A DNA stretch of 63,527 nt, filler included, from Choristocarpus tenellus KU-1152 (taxonomy: Eukaryota > Protista > Phaeophyceae), in assembly GCA_964200185.2 (NCBI GenBank). It is 7 parts of 7 records of this genome, joined end to end, with 100 filler letters (N's around TTAATTAATTAA, not from the genome) between each part and the next. Parts side by side here need not be neighbours in the genome. Positions count along the whole stretch, not along the records: positions 25,779 to 32,651 come from CAXNAD020007170.1; positions 32,752 to 35,920 come from CAXNAD020021807.1; positions 36,021 to 41,983 come from CAXNAD020009304.1; 4 more parts are not named here. The stretch is one strand, 5' to 3'. Made by a program: the position numbers and the translations under genes. Positions 26,880-39,400 of the stretch are shown here, piece after piece. Below the pieces are notes generated by a model that worked only from the letters and a program-made list of their open reading frames with translations, did no database searches and was not told the DNA's origin. How positions within the stretch are numbered: the first letter of the stretch is position 1; each line of letters starts with the position of its first letter.

Positions 26880-29800
26880 TCTCGTCGAGTATCGATTCCT
26901 GGAAAAATTGATGATGATTCAGTTTCACACATCACAGTTGATACCGCAACTGACATTCCGGTCATTAGCTATCGTTACATGCAAGCTCATCCCACCCTTT
27001 GTTCTGCTCACATCAATTCTATACCAGATGGTGCCTTACATTTAATAGGAGCTGGGGGAAGGCCTTTGGAAGTACATGACTTTATTCAATTTCAATTAAC
27101 CTTGGGAAATAAAACACTACCTGTTCAAGCAGTTGTTCTACCATCCCTAGGAGTTGATAAAGTACTTTTGGACAACAGTGTCATGTCTGCTTTTGGAGCG
27201 AAGTTGGATTGGGATAGAGAAGAAATAACATTTTCTGGGAGCACGGTTTGCATCCCAGCTACTCATAAAAATTCTCCTATACCCATTGTTAATCCACCAA
27301 CCACCAGTCAAAATACTGCTCAAACCTTTGCAACAAACATGGCAGTGGCTACAGTTTCAACTGAGTTCAACATACCTGTACATGTAAGACATAAAACATA
27401 TTTACCCCCGGGAACCGAAACTGTTGTTTCATTGTGTTCTCAGGCTTTACCTGGCTCGGCCAAAGATGCTGTAGTGGAGCCCATTGTCAAGACGAGCATG
27501 GACTTCATCAATCAGGAACAGCACCACTCTCCATGGAAATATATCATGGTCAGTCGGTCTTTAAATGTTTGGGAAGAGGATGGATCTTGCCTAGTCAAAA
27601 TTGCCAACCCTTACAATCATGGTGTTAAAATACCTCCTCAATTTATTGCAGGTCATATAGCACCAGTGGATCAAATTCATACCCTTTCTGAAGCACAGAC
27701 CAGTACCATAGCGGATACCCCAAACACTACAGAGGAGCTTAAACAAGCCCGTGATGAGTTGAAAGAAGGTTTTGGTAATGGTAGATACAGTATTATTTGA
27801 TAAGGAACAAGAAGAACTATTTGACCTTGTTGCCAAATATCGACCAGTATTTTCACTCACTTCTGAAGAACTAGGCTGTTGCAATAATACCAGTGTTGAA
27901 TTTCCACTTAAACCAAGTACAGTCCCTGTGAATCATCCACCATATCGGACCGCACCCAAAATACGTGAGACAATACGTAGTTGTGTGGAGGACATGGAAA
28001 ATCAGGGAAAAATTCAACCCTCCTCAAGCCCTTGGGCGTCACCAGTAACCATGGTGACAAAACCTGATGGGTCTCCTCGATTCTGTGTAGACTTTAGGCT
28101 CTCATTGAACAAAAATTTGGTACGTAATTCCTGGTCGTACCATCTATGGAAGATTGTTTGGGTACACTAGGGGGAGAAAAATACCTATCGTGTCTCGATG
28201 TTCAGTCAGCCTACTGGCAACTATCTATCACTGACGCTAACGAACGCCAAAAAACTGCCTTTGTCACACCGGATGGAAAGTACGAATTCGAAAGGCTACC
28301 CTTTGGTGTTGCTAATGCACCATGGATATATCAACGCTTCGTGTCTGAAACGTTTTCAACGCTAGGACCGAGTATGGGCTTACTGATTTATCTTGATGAC
28401 ATTGTGCTAGACTCCACAACATAGAACCATCATATCCAACTTCTTGAGAGCATATTGTCGTTACTGCAGGAAGTAGGAGTCACCCTTAAACCCTCTAAAG
28501 TCCAATTTGGCTCAAAATCAATTCATTATTTGGGACATGAAGTCATCCCTAGTGGTATTGCTGTGTCGCCAGATCAAATTCAGGCTATTACTGCTCTGAA
28601 AGCCCCTAAATCTGTGAAGGAATTACAATCCTTTCTAGGTTCCATGAACTTTGTTAGGAATAATATTCCCCCTTTGGCTACAATGACTGAACCCCTGGTG
28701 TCACTTACAAGGAAAAATACGAAAAAAGCTGCAAAAGACAAAAGTCTATCTCAACTATGGGGACGAACACAGCAAAATTCTTTTAATGAGTGTAAACGTC
28801 TATTAACTATGGTGCCAGTGTTAAGCTTTCCAGATTTTACTCGAGAGTTCTTTATTCACGTGGACGCTAGCGGTGTTGGCATGGGATATTTTTTGCACAT
28901 AAAAATGAGGATGATCGTTTCCAAATTGTAGCCTACCATAGTGCTCTTTTTAAGCCAACCCAAAGACGATATTCAGCAACTCAGAAAGAATGTCTGGCCG
29001 TCATTCTTGCCATCACACATTAGCGCCCATGTAATTGGGGAAAGCACTTTTCAGTTATAAGTGATCATTTGGCATTACGTTGGTTACATACAATGCAATA
29101 TACTTCCAATATGTTGACCAGGTGGGCCTTAGCCCTACAAGCTTTTGACTTCACAGTTTTACATAAGCCGGGACGTTTACACTTCATTCCGGATATGTTA
29201 TACCGGACACGGTTGGAGGAATTTATGTTGGATGAAACAACACTTCTACTAGTTCCACTGTGGCGTAATATAGGCCAAACAGACTCGGATGTCTCCACAC
29301 CCAAGGTTTACCCTGCATATGATCTATCAGTGAATAAACTAAATGAAATTACCAGAGTACAAAATGATACGGAACTATTCACTAGCGCCGTTAAAATGTT
29401 TTCCGAACAGTGGATCCTGAAGTACTATTCAAAGCTCAACAAGCTCACTATAGAGACTATTTCAAATATTTGGCTAATCCAGAAAAAACCCTTTTACCAA
29501 AAACGAAACAATGTATACCATGTCTTACTTTTTCACACAAGAAATGGAAGGCAAACAGATGTTATACAAATCGTATCAACCCGGTCACCTTCGAAAGAAC
29601 GATAAATTCCGAGATCAATTAGTAGTACCCACTGAGATACAAGGTTTAATACTTCATGACCTTCATGACCATGAAGTCTCAGGACACCTTGCATTCAAGC
29701 ACACTTTCGATCGAATTCGTGACCGCTTTTGGTGGCCCACTTTACTTACATAAAGATGTTCGAGCTTGGTGTGAAACATGTCAATCATGCCAAAGTTGCA

Positions 29801-30980
29801 AGATAACCCCTTCTAAACAATCAAACCCTCCAGGGCATATGCCAGTAACACGCCCATTTCAGAGAGGGGCAAATGATTTAGTAAAAAATACAAAAGTCAA
29901 TCAGAGAAAAATACTCATGTCTTGTCTGCTGTCGACCATTTAACGAGGTTTGCTTTGCTCAGCGCTATTCGTGACAAACGAGAAGCAACTGTAGCAAAAG
30001 CATTAACAGAACGAGTATTTTCTATTTTTGGCGCCCCAGAAACCTTACACTCAGACCAGGGTAAGGAGTTTGAAAATATACTGATCCTAGAACTTCAAAA
30101 GATCTACGGATACAAGAAAACAAAAACAACACCGTATCGACCTCAAGGCAATAGCTTTCTTGAAAGAATTCATAAGACAATGCATGGCATGCTAGCTATG
30201 TATTCCAATATGAAGCAATCGGATTGGGCGTCATTATTGCCTTTTGTGCAACTGGCTCACAATACCGCTTACAATACCACTGTATAAGAAATACCCTTTT
30301 ATTTAATGTTTGGGAGACGTCCCACATTACCAATCGGTATCATTTTGGGAGAACCAGAGGTCATGGCTATTTCTACTCAGGAGTACAGTAAACAAACAGT
30401 GGATAATTTATAACTGGCATATGAACTGGCTGGACAGAATATTGATGAGATGGCTTTGCGTAACGAATCCAAGGCCACGGAACACACCATTCCTACTTAT
30501 GAAGTTGGTGCTAAGGTGTGGCTACACAAACCCCACACTTCGGCAGGCGCTCCTAACCCTAAGTTACTGTCCCTGTGGAGAGGACCATATGAAGTAATAG
30601 AGATAATAACTCCGGTAGTCTACTGTGTGAAGGCGCAGGCCAACCATCGAGAAATCACTGTGCAAATAGCACGACTTAAACCACACAAAGAGGGCCACCT
30701 TCCTGAACCAGACATTGACTCTCTCAATTCTTTATTTCTGGGCAGAATAATACCTGAACCAGATATAGAACAAAGTGCAAGCGTTCAACCAATTTTAGGG
30801 TCATACTTTGTTGAGGGCATTGCAGACCATAAACCTGGAGTGGGTCGGAAATCCCCACATAACTATTCATACCGGCTTAGATCTAGAGGTTTTGCTCCAG
30901 CTAGTGATGTCTGGCGGAAAGCAAAAGAAATTCCTCAGCGTGCAGAGATGATTGAAGCATATAGATTACGACACAATCGG
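26880..30980 (+). pseudogene. pol: Gypsy pol pseudogene (protease, RT, RNase H, integrase, chromodomain)
   Basis: PR VDTATDIPVIS; RT SPWASPVTMVTKPDGSPRFCVDFR, KTAFVTPDGKYEFERLPFGVANAP, IYLDD; RH HVDASGVGMG, DHLALRWL; INT HDHEVSGH..WCETCQSC, HSDQGKEF, TTPYRPQGNSFLER, WRGPY; chromodomain YFVEGIADH..YRLRSRGF..DVW. Many frameshifts and in-frame stops (e.g. ~27780, ~28140, 28422, ~29021, 30285). Confidence 0.93.
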
Positions 30981-32190
30981 GATATTTCTCCTGACCAAAG
31001 TGTACTGACGCTAAGGTCTTCAAAACTCCCTGTGACCAAGGTATACCGATCTAGAGTCTTTTCAGTGTGCTCTACCACCCTCTGCTACAATAGCCGACGA
31101 ACCATCACACTCTTCACAAACACACCTGGCTCAATCAATTGCTGCCATTTTCGTCGAGAACATTCAACATGCTCTTGCTTCAAACCCTCACGGTGATGTC
31201 CCTGTGGCTACATCTACTACTCACACAGTGGGTTGCTGGCCTGATACAACATCAGATTTCACTAAAAGAAGTAGAGATGAAGGTTTGAATCCTTTTTCAA
31301 GGCGAACTCGTGGATGATTTACCCGCTAAGTTGTTGACGTTTTTCCCTTAACAAGTGCACACATATTTTTTAACCACAATCAAATGGATAATTTGATAGG
31401 TCCATACACATATGGGCTTTATCCCTTTTTTGTGAAGTTTCGAATGGAAGAAGATTCCCATGCACCTCTTCTTGCATCTCCAATCTTGTTCTCACCATAC
31501 CCGCAAAAAGAGTAATTGATGTGAATACTCAGGATGGTCATTTATAGGTTTGAATCCTCTATCTTAAGCAGTAAATCGTTGAGATCCCTCGGCCCTCTCA
31601 ATGGTTTGCCCCTTAAGCAAATAATATTTTAATTAGAGCTCACCCAGTGGGAGGTGACTGTGTTCCTCGTAGGCGGGCACACGGTTTCTGCTCCACATAG
31701 TCCAAAAGATTGGAACTGGAAGAAAACTGGACCTCATCACTCCAGAACTCCGGATATAAGGGTCATTAACAATAATACTTGAAGGTGAGAAATCGAGTTT
31801 TCACTTTCAAATCAAAAGGATTAGACAGTATACAGATTCCTCAGAATGGAAGTGGACAAGCCTTTCCTCACAAATACAGGATATTTAGCCTTTTGCTTTC
31901 AGGGACGCAAGGTAATAATTCAAGGTAATGATCCACCCACAAGGTAATCACTGATCTAATTCCTATAAAACCCTCCGCCTCAGTGCAGTTCCTCTTGAGA
32001 CATCTGTTGTGGCCTAGCGCAACCCACAACCATGAATAAGGAACCATAGGTTTCCATTTCACAGTTACACTAGCTGGGGCATTGTAGCTTGATCAACACA
32101 ATGACCCAAGCATTTTGATACCAACATTTCCTGGGATGTTATCTTCATATCCCTTGGGTAATTAAAATGTACAATAATACGTTTCCCATC

Positions 32191-32516
32191 ACCAAACTTT
32201 GGGGTTCCAACCCTGTTGAGGATGACTTTCAAGGAACTCCTCCAAATTGGCTAATGAACATTTATGGGATACTCAAATATTTTGTGATTTTTTTTACCAT
32301 AGTCTTACTATGACCAAACTTTGGGGTTCCAACCCTGTTGAGGACAACCTTTCAAGGAACTCCCCCAAATTGGCTAATGAACATTTATGGGATACCCAAA
32401 TGATTCATGGTTTTTCTTTTTGACAAACTATGGGGTTCCAACCCTGTTGAGGACAACCTTTCAAGGAACTCCTCCAAATTGGCTACATGGACATTCTCGG
32501 GATACCCAGATGATTC
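32191..32516 (+). repeat. Tandem array of three ~90-bp hairpin-forming repeats in the Gypsy 3' non-coding region
   Basis: Units begin at ~32191, ~32313 and ~32423: (AC)CAAACT(T/A)TGGGGTTCCAACCCTGTTGAGGA..AC.TTTCAAGGAACTCC.CCAAATTGGCTA..A.CATT...GGGATAC.CA.AT, separated by T-rich linkers of different lengths. Confidence 0.9.
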
Positions 32517-32651
32517 TTTTTCTTTTCTCGCATGGGACTGTCAGAGACTTTTTTTTTCGTGTGCAGACAGAGCTCACACTGGGGGGGGGGGGGGATGTGA
32601 CGGACAGGTCTCTTTGGGATCTGATCTCAGTCCAAGTGCACATCCGCGCGC

Positions 32652-32751
32652 NNNNNNNNNNNNNNNNNNNNNNNNNNNNNNNNNNNNNNNNNNNNTTAAT
32701 TAATTAANNNNNNNNNNNNNNNNNNNNNNNNNNNNNNNNNNNNNNNNNNNN
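32652..32751. other. Artificial contig linker
   Basis: N44-TTAATTAATTAA-N44. Confidence 0.97.
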
Positions 32752-35603
32752 CCCCCCAGATACTTCTAGCCAATGGTGTTAGGATCGACTAGGACCGAAT
32801 TACCTTTTGGGGGCAGGATTTCCCAGGTGCTTACATCTGCTCAAAAGATTTCTATGAACTAGTTTCCGTACTTACCTTTCTGGTTTAAATGAACAATTGG
32901 TACGTCATCAACGTGTTTTATAACACATCAGTCAATCGAGATTTTTGGCTTGGTGGAATCTGCCTCATAATCAACCCATGAGCTAGGGCGTTTTATATTT
33001 ATATTTGGGAATGACGTATTGACCATTCCAAAGCAATGTTTGAAAAGTAAGAATAAAATAATGGAAGGGTTACACCTGCTCATCATGTTGAATGGACTCT
33101 CTTCCCGCTCTAGCTACCCTTGACATCAATCTTTGTAAACCGTTCCCCTCAATTCCTCTTGCTTCGTAGAAAACATTCAGCTGTGGCGCTCAGGAGTGCA
33201 TGGGTCAGCACATCGCAACTCTATCTACTCCTGAAGTACACACTAGTGACCGCATGGTGTTGGTGCGCTTCTGGGGATGGAGAGATCTGTTGTAAAGATA
33301 GAATCGGGGCAGACACTGTAGCAAAGCCCAGACAAATTTCTTGCCTCTCAACTTCGTGCTGTTTCATGCATGTCTGAGTTTATGTGCATGTGTGCGTCAA
33401 TTTGACTCTGCAGTCAAAAATTCCATTGTGTGGTACTACGGAATATATGATACTGCAAGTACGTTTAGGGGTTGTCAACATGCTTTGCGCTGGCATTTGA
33501 GTTTGTGTGAATGATGGCAACATGAATGATCATGCGGCTCTTGGCTGTGACTGTATGAGGAAGAAATGAAAACACGTTTTGAGGCCAACGATGTTGTAAG
33601 AACGGCCAGGTTTCTTGGGATGAGCTACTTCCAGTACACAAATTGTGTGAATGATGTGCTGAACTTCATTTTTGCAAAGCCAGTCAATCGATTGCAGGAG
33701 TATTGATGACTGCAACCACTAATTGCCGTCCCGTTCCCTGAATATTCTGGAATGTGCCCCGCATTCTAATTTGGGCAAGCGGACCAACAAATGCAATGTG
33801 GATGGATGAATGTGTATAGGTGATGTCATACATTAAGATTTTGATCCTTTTGTCTTTAGGGGTAGTGGTATCAATGGCAGTACTGTGAACAGCTGAAAGA
33901 TACATTCATCTCACCCTGATACAACGGATGGTGTACATGGATTGTTTTGTTAGGCAACCTATTGAGGATTCACCAACAGCAAAATCAAGTTTCAATGCGG
34001 ACCATGGCATTGGTGGTTGTGATCTCTTGCTCTGCCTTTTTTTTGGTAGGAATCTAATCGTTGGAGAGGTGGTAGAGGTATTGTAGTTACACACTCTGGT
34101 CTTCTTAGTAGCTATTTTGTGCGTGAGATGTGTATGCCATGCACTCATCTGAAGGATACGCCACTTGTATGATACCACCACTCTACTCTATTTTCGGAAA
34201 TATTCACAACATTCTCAAGTAAAACAGTTCTTGGCTTGTGGTTGCATTTTCATTTGCCTGTCTTAAGGGGACTTACTTCAATCTGTATGGGGCTATGTAC
34301 CACCAGAAGATGTTAATGCAGACATTTCAAACAAACTGACATGTTTGGTCCTGTTGAATGACATGATCAATGAACCAGATTCTTTGCACAGCCAGTAGGA
34401 AAGGACAGAGATCGTTCCCAGTCAAGGTTCGCAGCATTCAGTTGAAGTGAATTTTAAGTGCGGGTTACCCCTTACTCAACCCATTGCACATATTTCAGAG
34501 TGTATGAGAAGTGCATAATACATTCCCAACAAAGCAAGACGTGAAAAAAACATTATTATAAATGCCTCAACTAAATTATGGCTGAAAGTCTAATCAGGGT
34601 GATGTTCACCCAACCCAAATTTACTACAGTACTTGACCATCTAGTGTCACCTTACTCCCCACTTGTTCAAGCACATGACGTACTGCATACATGCACAATC
34701 AGAGCCCAAGGGATACCCCAACCTGTAGAAGAAAGTTAATTAGCAATGCACCAATATGCATGCCAACCTATACAACAAGTAGTCGTCGTGCGAGATACTT
34801 GCAAGTAGTAGTGTTACAATCATTTTTTATTAAATGCAACAAACCTGACCAGTACATATATAGATACATGTGTGTGAGTGCGCGTGGGTGTACACCTTCC
34901 AGTGTTAGTGGGTTCGTTTCGGCATCCAGATTTTCTCCGTGAGTTTTGTACATGAGCTCTTATAGTACGAGAATTTAGTTACTAGCGTCTTATTTATCTT
35001 TTGTCAATCCGTACGTATGCATCTTTAATTTATTATTCTTAAAAACTTCACTCACCACCAAAATCAGTACATTCCCACTCTTCATATACCATGCCCTTCA
35101 TATATCGTATCGTGTAACTAGTGGGCAATTTTACATCGACTGCCAAAAGATCAAACTACAATCCCAACTAAGCCCTTCTGCTTGTTGTGCTGACGAAGAG
35201 TGTGGATCATGAACCTCCGCTCAACAAGACATTTTTCACGTTAGAGAGTCCTACGTTGGAAATACAAGTTCTTTTCTCCCTACGTGTACCAAATCTTCAC
35301 ATTGTGTTCATTTTTAAAGGTGGGAAGTTGGTTGCAAAAAAAGTAGGTTTCGCTGATGGTGTATACGAACGAACATGAAGGTAAGGGCATAGACAAGTTT
35401 CTCCGCAAACAAAAATTATCCCTGTCGAACAATTTCGGTGCTGTTTGGGAAGTTGTAAGGAATATAAAATAACCCAGAAAAACAAAAAATAATGTGGAAA
35501 AAGAATCAACCCAAATTTTCAAACCACATTTTTAACTTCAAATTTCGATACTTTTTTGGGCAACTCGAGAAAACCCAAACCCTGAAGCGATGATGAAAAT
35601 AAG

Positions 35604-35832
35604 TACAGTACCTACACCTATTTTATACCAAATATTATATACTAACCCATTTTTGTACCGCTTTTTTCGACATACTCAAAAGAATAGGCTTTTGTACCGG
35701 AATTCTCGTATTCGGGTGATTTGGTACAAAATCGGGGAGATATTCACGCGAGTTTGGCGCGCGCGTAAACATTTCTCGCCGAAAGTGCATTTCTTCCTGA
35801 GTCATGACCACACAGCAGTACAGTACGTTGCT
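35604..35832. repeat. Interspersed repeat / TIR element end (copy 2 of 1-229, opposite orientation)
   Basis: Starts TA|CAGTACCTACACC and is the reverse complement of 1-229. Confidence 0.75.
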
Positions 35833-35920
35833 GGTAGGGGAAGAGAGTGGAAGCCATGCCTTGTGCCGCGGGAAACCTCTGCAAGATGCCTTCAAATGCA
35901 CCGACTCCACCTTTCTACAC

Positions 35921-36020
35921 NNNNNNNNNNNNNNNNNNNNNNNNNNNNNNNNNNNNNNNNNNNNTTAATTAATTAANNNNNNNNNNNNNNNNNNNNNNNN
36001 NNNNNNNNNNNNNNNNNNNN
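35921..36020. other. Artificial contig linker
   Basis: N44-TTAATTAATTAA-N44. Confidence 0.97.
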
Positions 36021-36148
36021 CCCCAATAAAGTTTTGGAAAAAAAAAAAAAAAAGTTTCCGTAATTTGGTTGTTCAGCGCCATCACACTCAGAAAAAAAAG
36101 GGGGGGGTTCAGGAAGACACCAGAGCAACCAGAATATCGCCCTCCTCG

Positions 36149-36179
<31 letters not shown>

Positions 36180-36429
36180 CCAAAGACCACGAAATAAGAT
36201 GCGACGATCAACGCACAACCAAATTCAGAAGAAAAAAAAAACTGCTACTCGACCTCATAATGTTGAGAACCCAGGGAGAAAAGACAAAAACTCTTTCCTG
36301 ATCTTGATCATTCGTACAATGAGATCAATAGCACACCTCCAAAATAGAAATAATAAAATAGAGCAAGAGCTATGCAAGAAATAGAAATCCATCCGGAGGG
36401 CTTTTCTACGATGGTGCATCACACCCCCT

Positions 36430-39400
36430 TCAGTATATACATGCGCCATTTTCTTCGTAAGAGCTAATTAAAATTTGAAACGATCTTTCTTTTTTTTCCT
36501 TCCCCCCCCCCAAACACTACCACCACTTACTTCCCTCAAGCACCCAAGAACACCACTACTTTTCCACCTTTTGTGTGTACACCAGAGGCATGAAGATTCG
36601 ACACAGACACTTCGGAGTGTTTGTTGTCCTCATCAGCATGCATGGGGTTATCGATGTAACATTGATTAAACAAGACACGTGCACACACACGAAACACAGA
36701 CATATGCCGTACATGGCGGAAGATAAACCGGCCACAGCAGCTCTTGCCACCTCATTGTTACAAGTATTAGATTTCCAATCAAAACGAGAAGCACTGGATA
36801 ATCGTGTTTTTGGAAAGTGAGGAAGGCGGTCTCAACATACCCTCTTGGGATCTTACCGTATAATGCTCATCTCCTACGAGAGAAAAATGATAATTTCTAC
36901 ATCTAGCAGATCCACAGGGATTTTCAACGAAAAGTAACGAGAATGACGAACAAAAATCTTGTTCTGTAAGAAAAAGCTGGGTACAGCTACGAAAGGGAGG
37001 GAGGTGGATGCTTTGATTTACCAGAGAATGCCTATTGCCACCTCAGAAGAAGAATCTGAATTCTCACTTCTACTGAAAGGGGGCATCGAAAATATTCTAG
37101 GGGATAGAAAGAACGGTGGTGACTATGAACAAATATATTAAGAGTTGAAAACATGACGTCCCATCACTTTTGGCACTTGCCAGTTCTTGTTGTCATGACA
37201 AACAGACAACACAGTGACAACCCACATTACAAAACCACCCAAAAAAACGAGCCTTCTACATATCGCTTCAGGTGGACTCTGAAACAAAAAACGTAGCGCG
37301 CACAACGAAACACCGATATGTTTAAGGGTGGGGGCGACATTTTGACCTTCCTCTCAAGGACAAGTTCGAAGCGAGCCTTGTCTCGGCTCTTCCTTCAAAT
37401 TTCCGTTATCGGTTTAATAAGAATGAGACAACCCTTGGCAAACCTGCCCATGCTTTTTTTACGTGAGCAAAAACTCTTGACGATATTTTCGCCAGGGGAG
37501 AGTTTAGTTTATGAAGGGAAAGTGAAGCAACGACTGGAACGAACCACACGATAAGGACTATCATTGAGCAGATCATATATATATGTTCGAAGTACTGTGA
37601 CCGCCGATGGAATGTCGGTCCAACATGCCGACCTCAACATGACAACGGCAAATCCAAATCAGGATTCAAGTGCATACCTGTTCCTCCCGCACATTGAAAA
37701 CATTCATGACAGAGATCCTTAGCACATCCTCCTCCACTTCTACATTCTCCATGCATAAGATCATACGAGTGGTTGTGCTGTATAGATATGAATCCACTTC
37801 GTCCAAATCCATGAGAACACGTGCACCACCAGTCATGCCTTCAGCTCCACTCCTGGGCACCCCCGAGGTCTCCAATACCCCATATGATGATGAAATTAGA
37901 TCCTCCACACTCCAACCCTGACCAAACTTCCCCAGAGGTATCAGCGAAGGAGGTTGATACGGGGAGGAGGTCATACCCTCACCCCAGAACACAGACGTGG
38001 CCCCTGAAAAAATGGGCGCACCATTTACATTCCCACCACTTCCACGTCGAATCAGCAGTTCGTACGACAAGCCGATGGGAATTACGACTACACCCAAGAA
38101 CGATAGTACGGTATGTGCGAAAAATGTAGCATAGAGCCACACTACCTTCCTTGGACTCCAACGGATCACGCCTTCCCCACCAACATCAGAACACATCCCA
38201 GTTCGATCGATCATCTTAACTTCCAGAACGTTCGGCTGACTCGATCTTCGTCGAAATATTTCCCTTTGTCCTTCACAGCCCCATGTAGGTGCTGCGAAAC
38301 ACCTTCCCTCCATCCCTGTACATCTGGCGGATTAACACCATCAAAGTGAGAGGCAACACTACTGTCAAACCCAAAAAATGTTAACAGCAAGATAACCCTG
38401 CTTTGAACAGTGCAAGGTGGTGAACAAAAATAGTATGAAATATGATTGGATGATAGGATTAAAAGAGAGATTATATAGGAAAAAATTATCCGTAATGTGA
38501 CTAACCATTATAAAAAGTGTAGTAGGAGAGGAGAGAAATGGACTACTATACTATATTCATAATTCAAGAAGAAATAGAATTAACTCCCCTTTCCTCTTAC
38601 ACTTAATCATACTGGATTTGAGATTAAATTATCACAGTAGTATATCAAGATATTGTATTTCGCGTTCTGTTGTACGATTGAGTGATTATGGAATGTGGAT
38701 TTCGTCTTGGATTGTGGATCTCCTCTTCTCAACCACATCCATACTTTTTTGGACTGTTGGAGCACAACATTGATTTTCTTAATATTTTGAAATTTATATC
38801 AATTATTGAAGTGGAAACTTTCGCAAGTGGACACTATATTGAATAAATTGATTTGTCAAAATGTCTCTACAATTCTATTGTTCTCTCTTTCCTTGCTTCT
38901 TTGTAGTTTTGATTTTTGATTCGTTCCTTCTGGTGTAATATAAGAAATATCTTGAAGTTGATATCCGACAATATAAAAACAATGGAGATTTTCAAGTAAT
39001 ATGTAGCTCGGTGGTTAATGTTTCGACTTTCCGAATTTTCCCAGTGTGAACCTCTTACAACACATTCTTTCTATCAAATCTTGTCGGGATTCACACAGGA
39101 AGAATTAGTATTATCAGAATATTGTAGAAAATGAAATCAGAAATCGGAAGTTGTTACGCTACACATAATGACTTTATAGAAACATATACTGTATTTACAA
39201 CAATCTTAGTTTTCAAATAGAAGTTTATCAATATTTTATATTTTTTGCACATATACATTTTTCAGATATGTCAGAGGAAAAACAATGAAAACTATTCACA
39301 TATCAGTTTTCAATATCAGAAAAATGAGGGTACGACAAAACGAAATAGGAAACATTCCTAAATTCAAACAATATAGTTAGTTATTAGTTAGGGGTAGCCC

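Larger units (their letters stand above)
26400..32651 (+). mobile_element. Decayed Ty3/Gypsy LTR retrotransposon with integrase chromodomain (internal region, PPT, start of 3' LTR)
   Basis: Domain order PR-RT-RH-INT-CHD. A poly-G PPT at 32581-32595 is followed by TGTGACGG (LTR start at 32596), cut by the contig end. The 5' boundary is approximate. Confidence 0.9.

Noticed and set aside
32191-32516. CRISPR-like repeat-spacer array
   Set aside because: Repeats are ~90 bp, linkers are low-complexity, T-rich and partly similar to each other, there are no cas genes, and the context is a eukaryotic retrotransposon.
32752-35400. Exon-like or TE-like stretches in contig 3
   Set aside because: The frames I translated are interrupted by stops and I recognise no motif, so no call can be supported.
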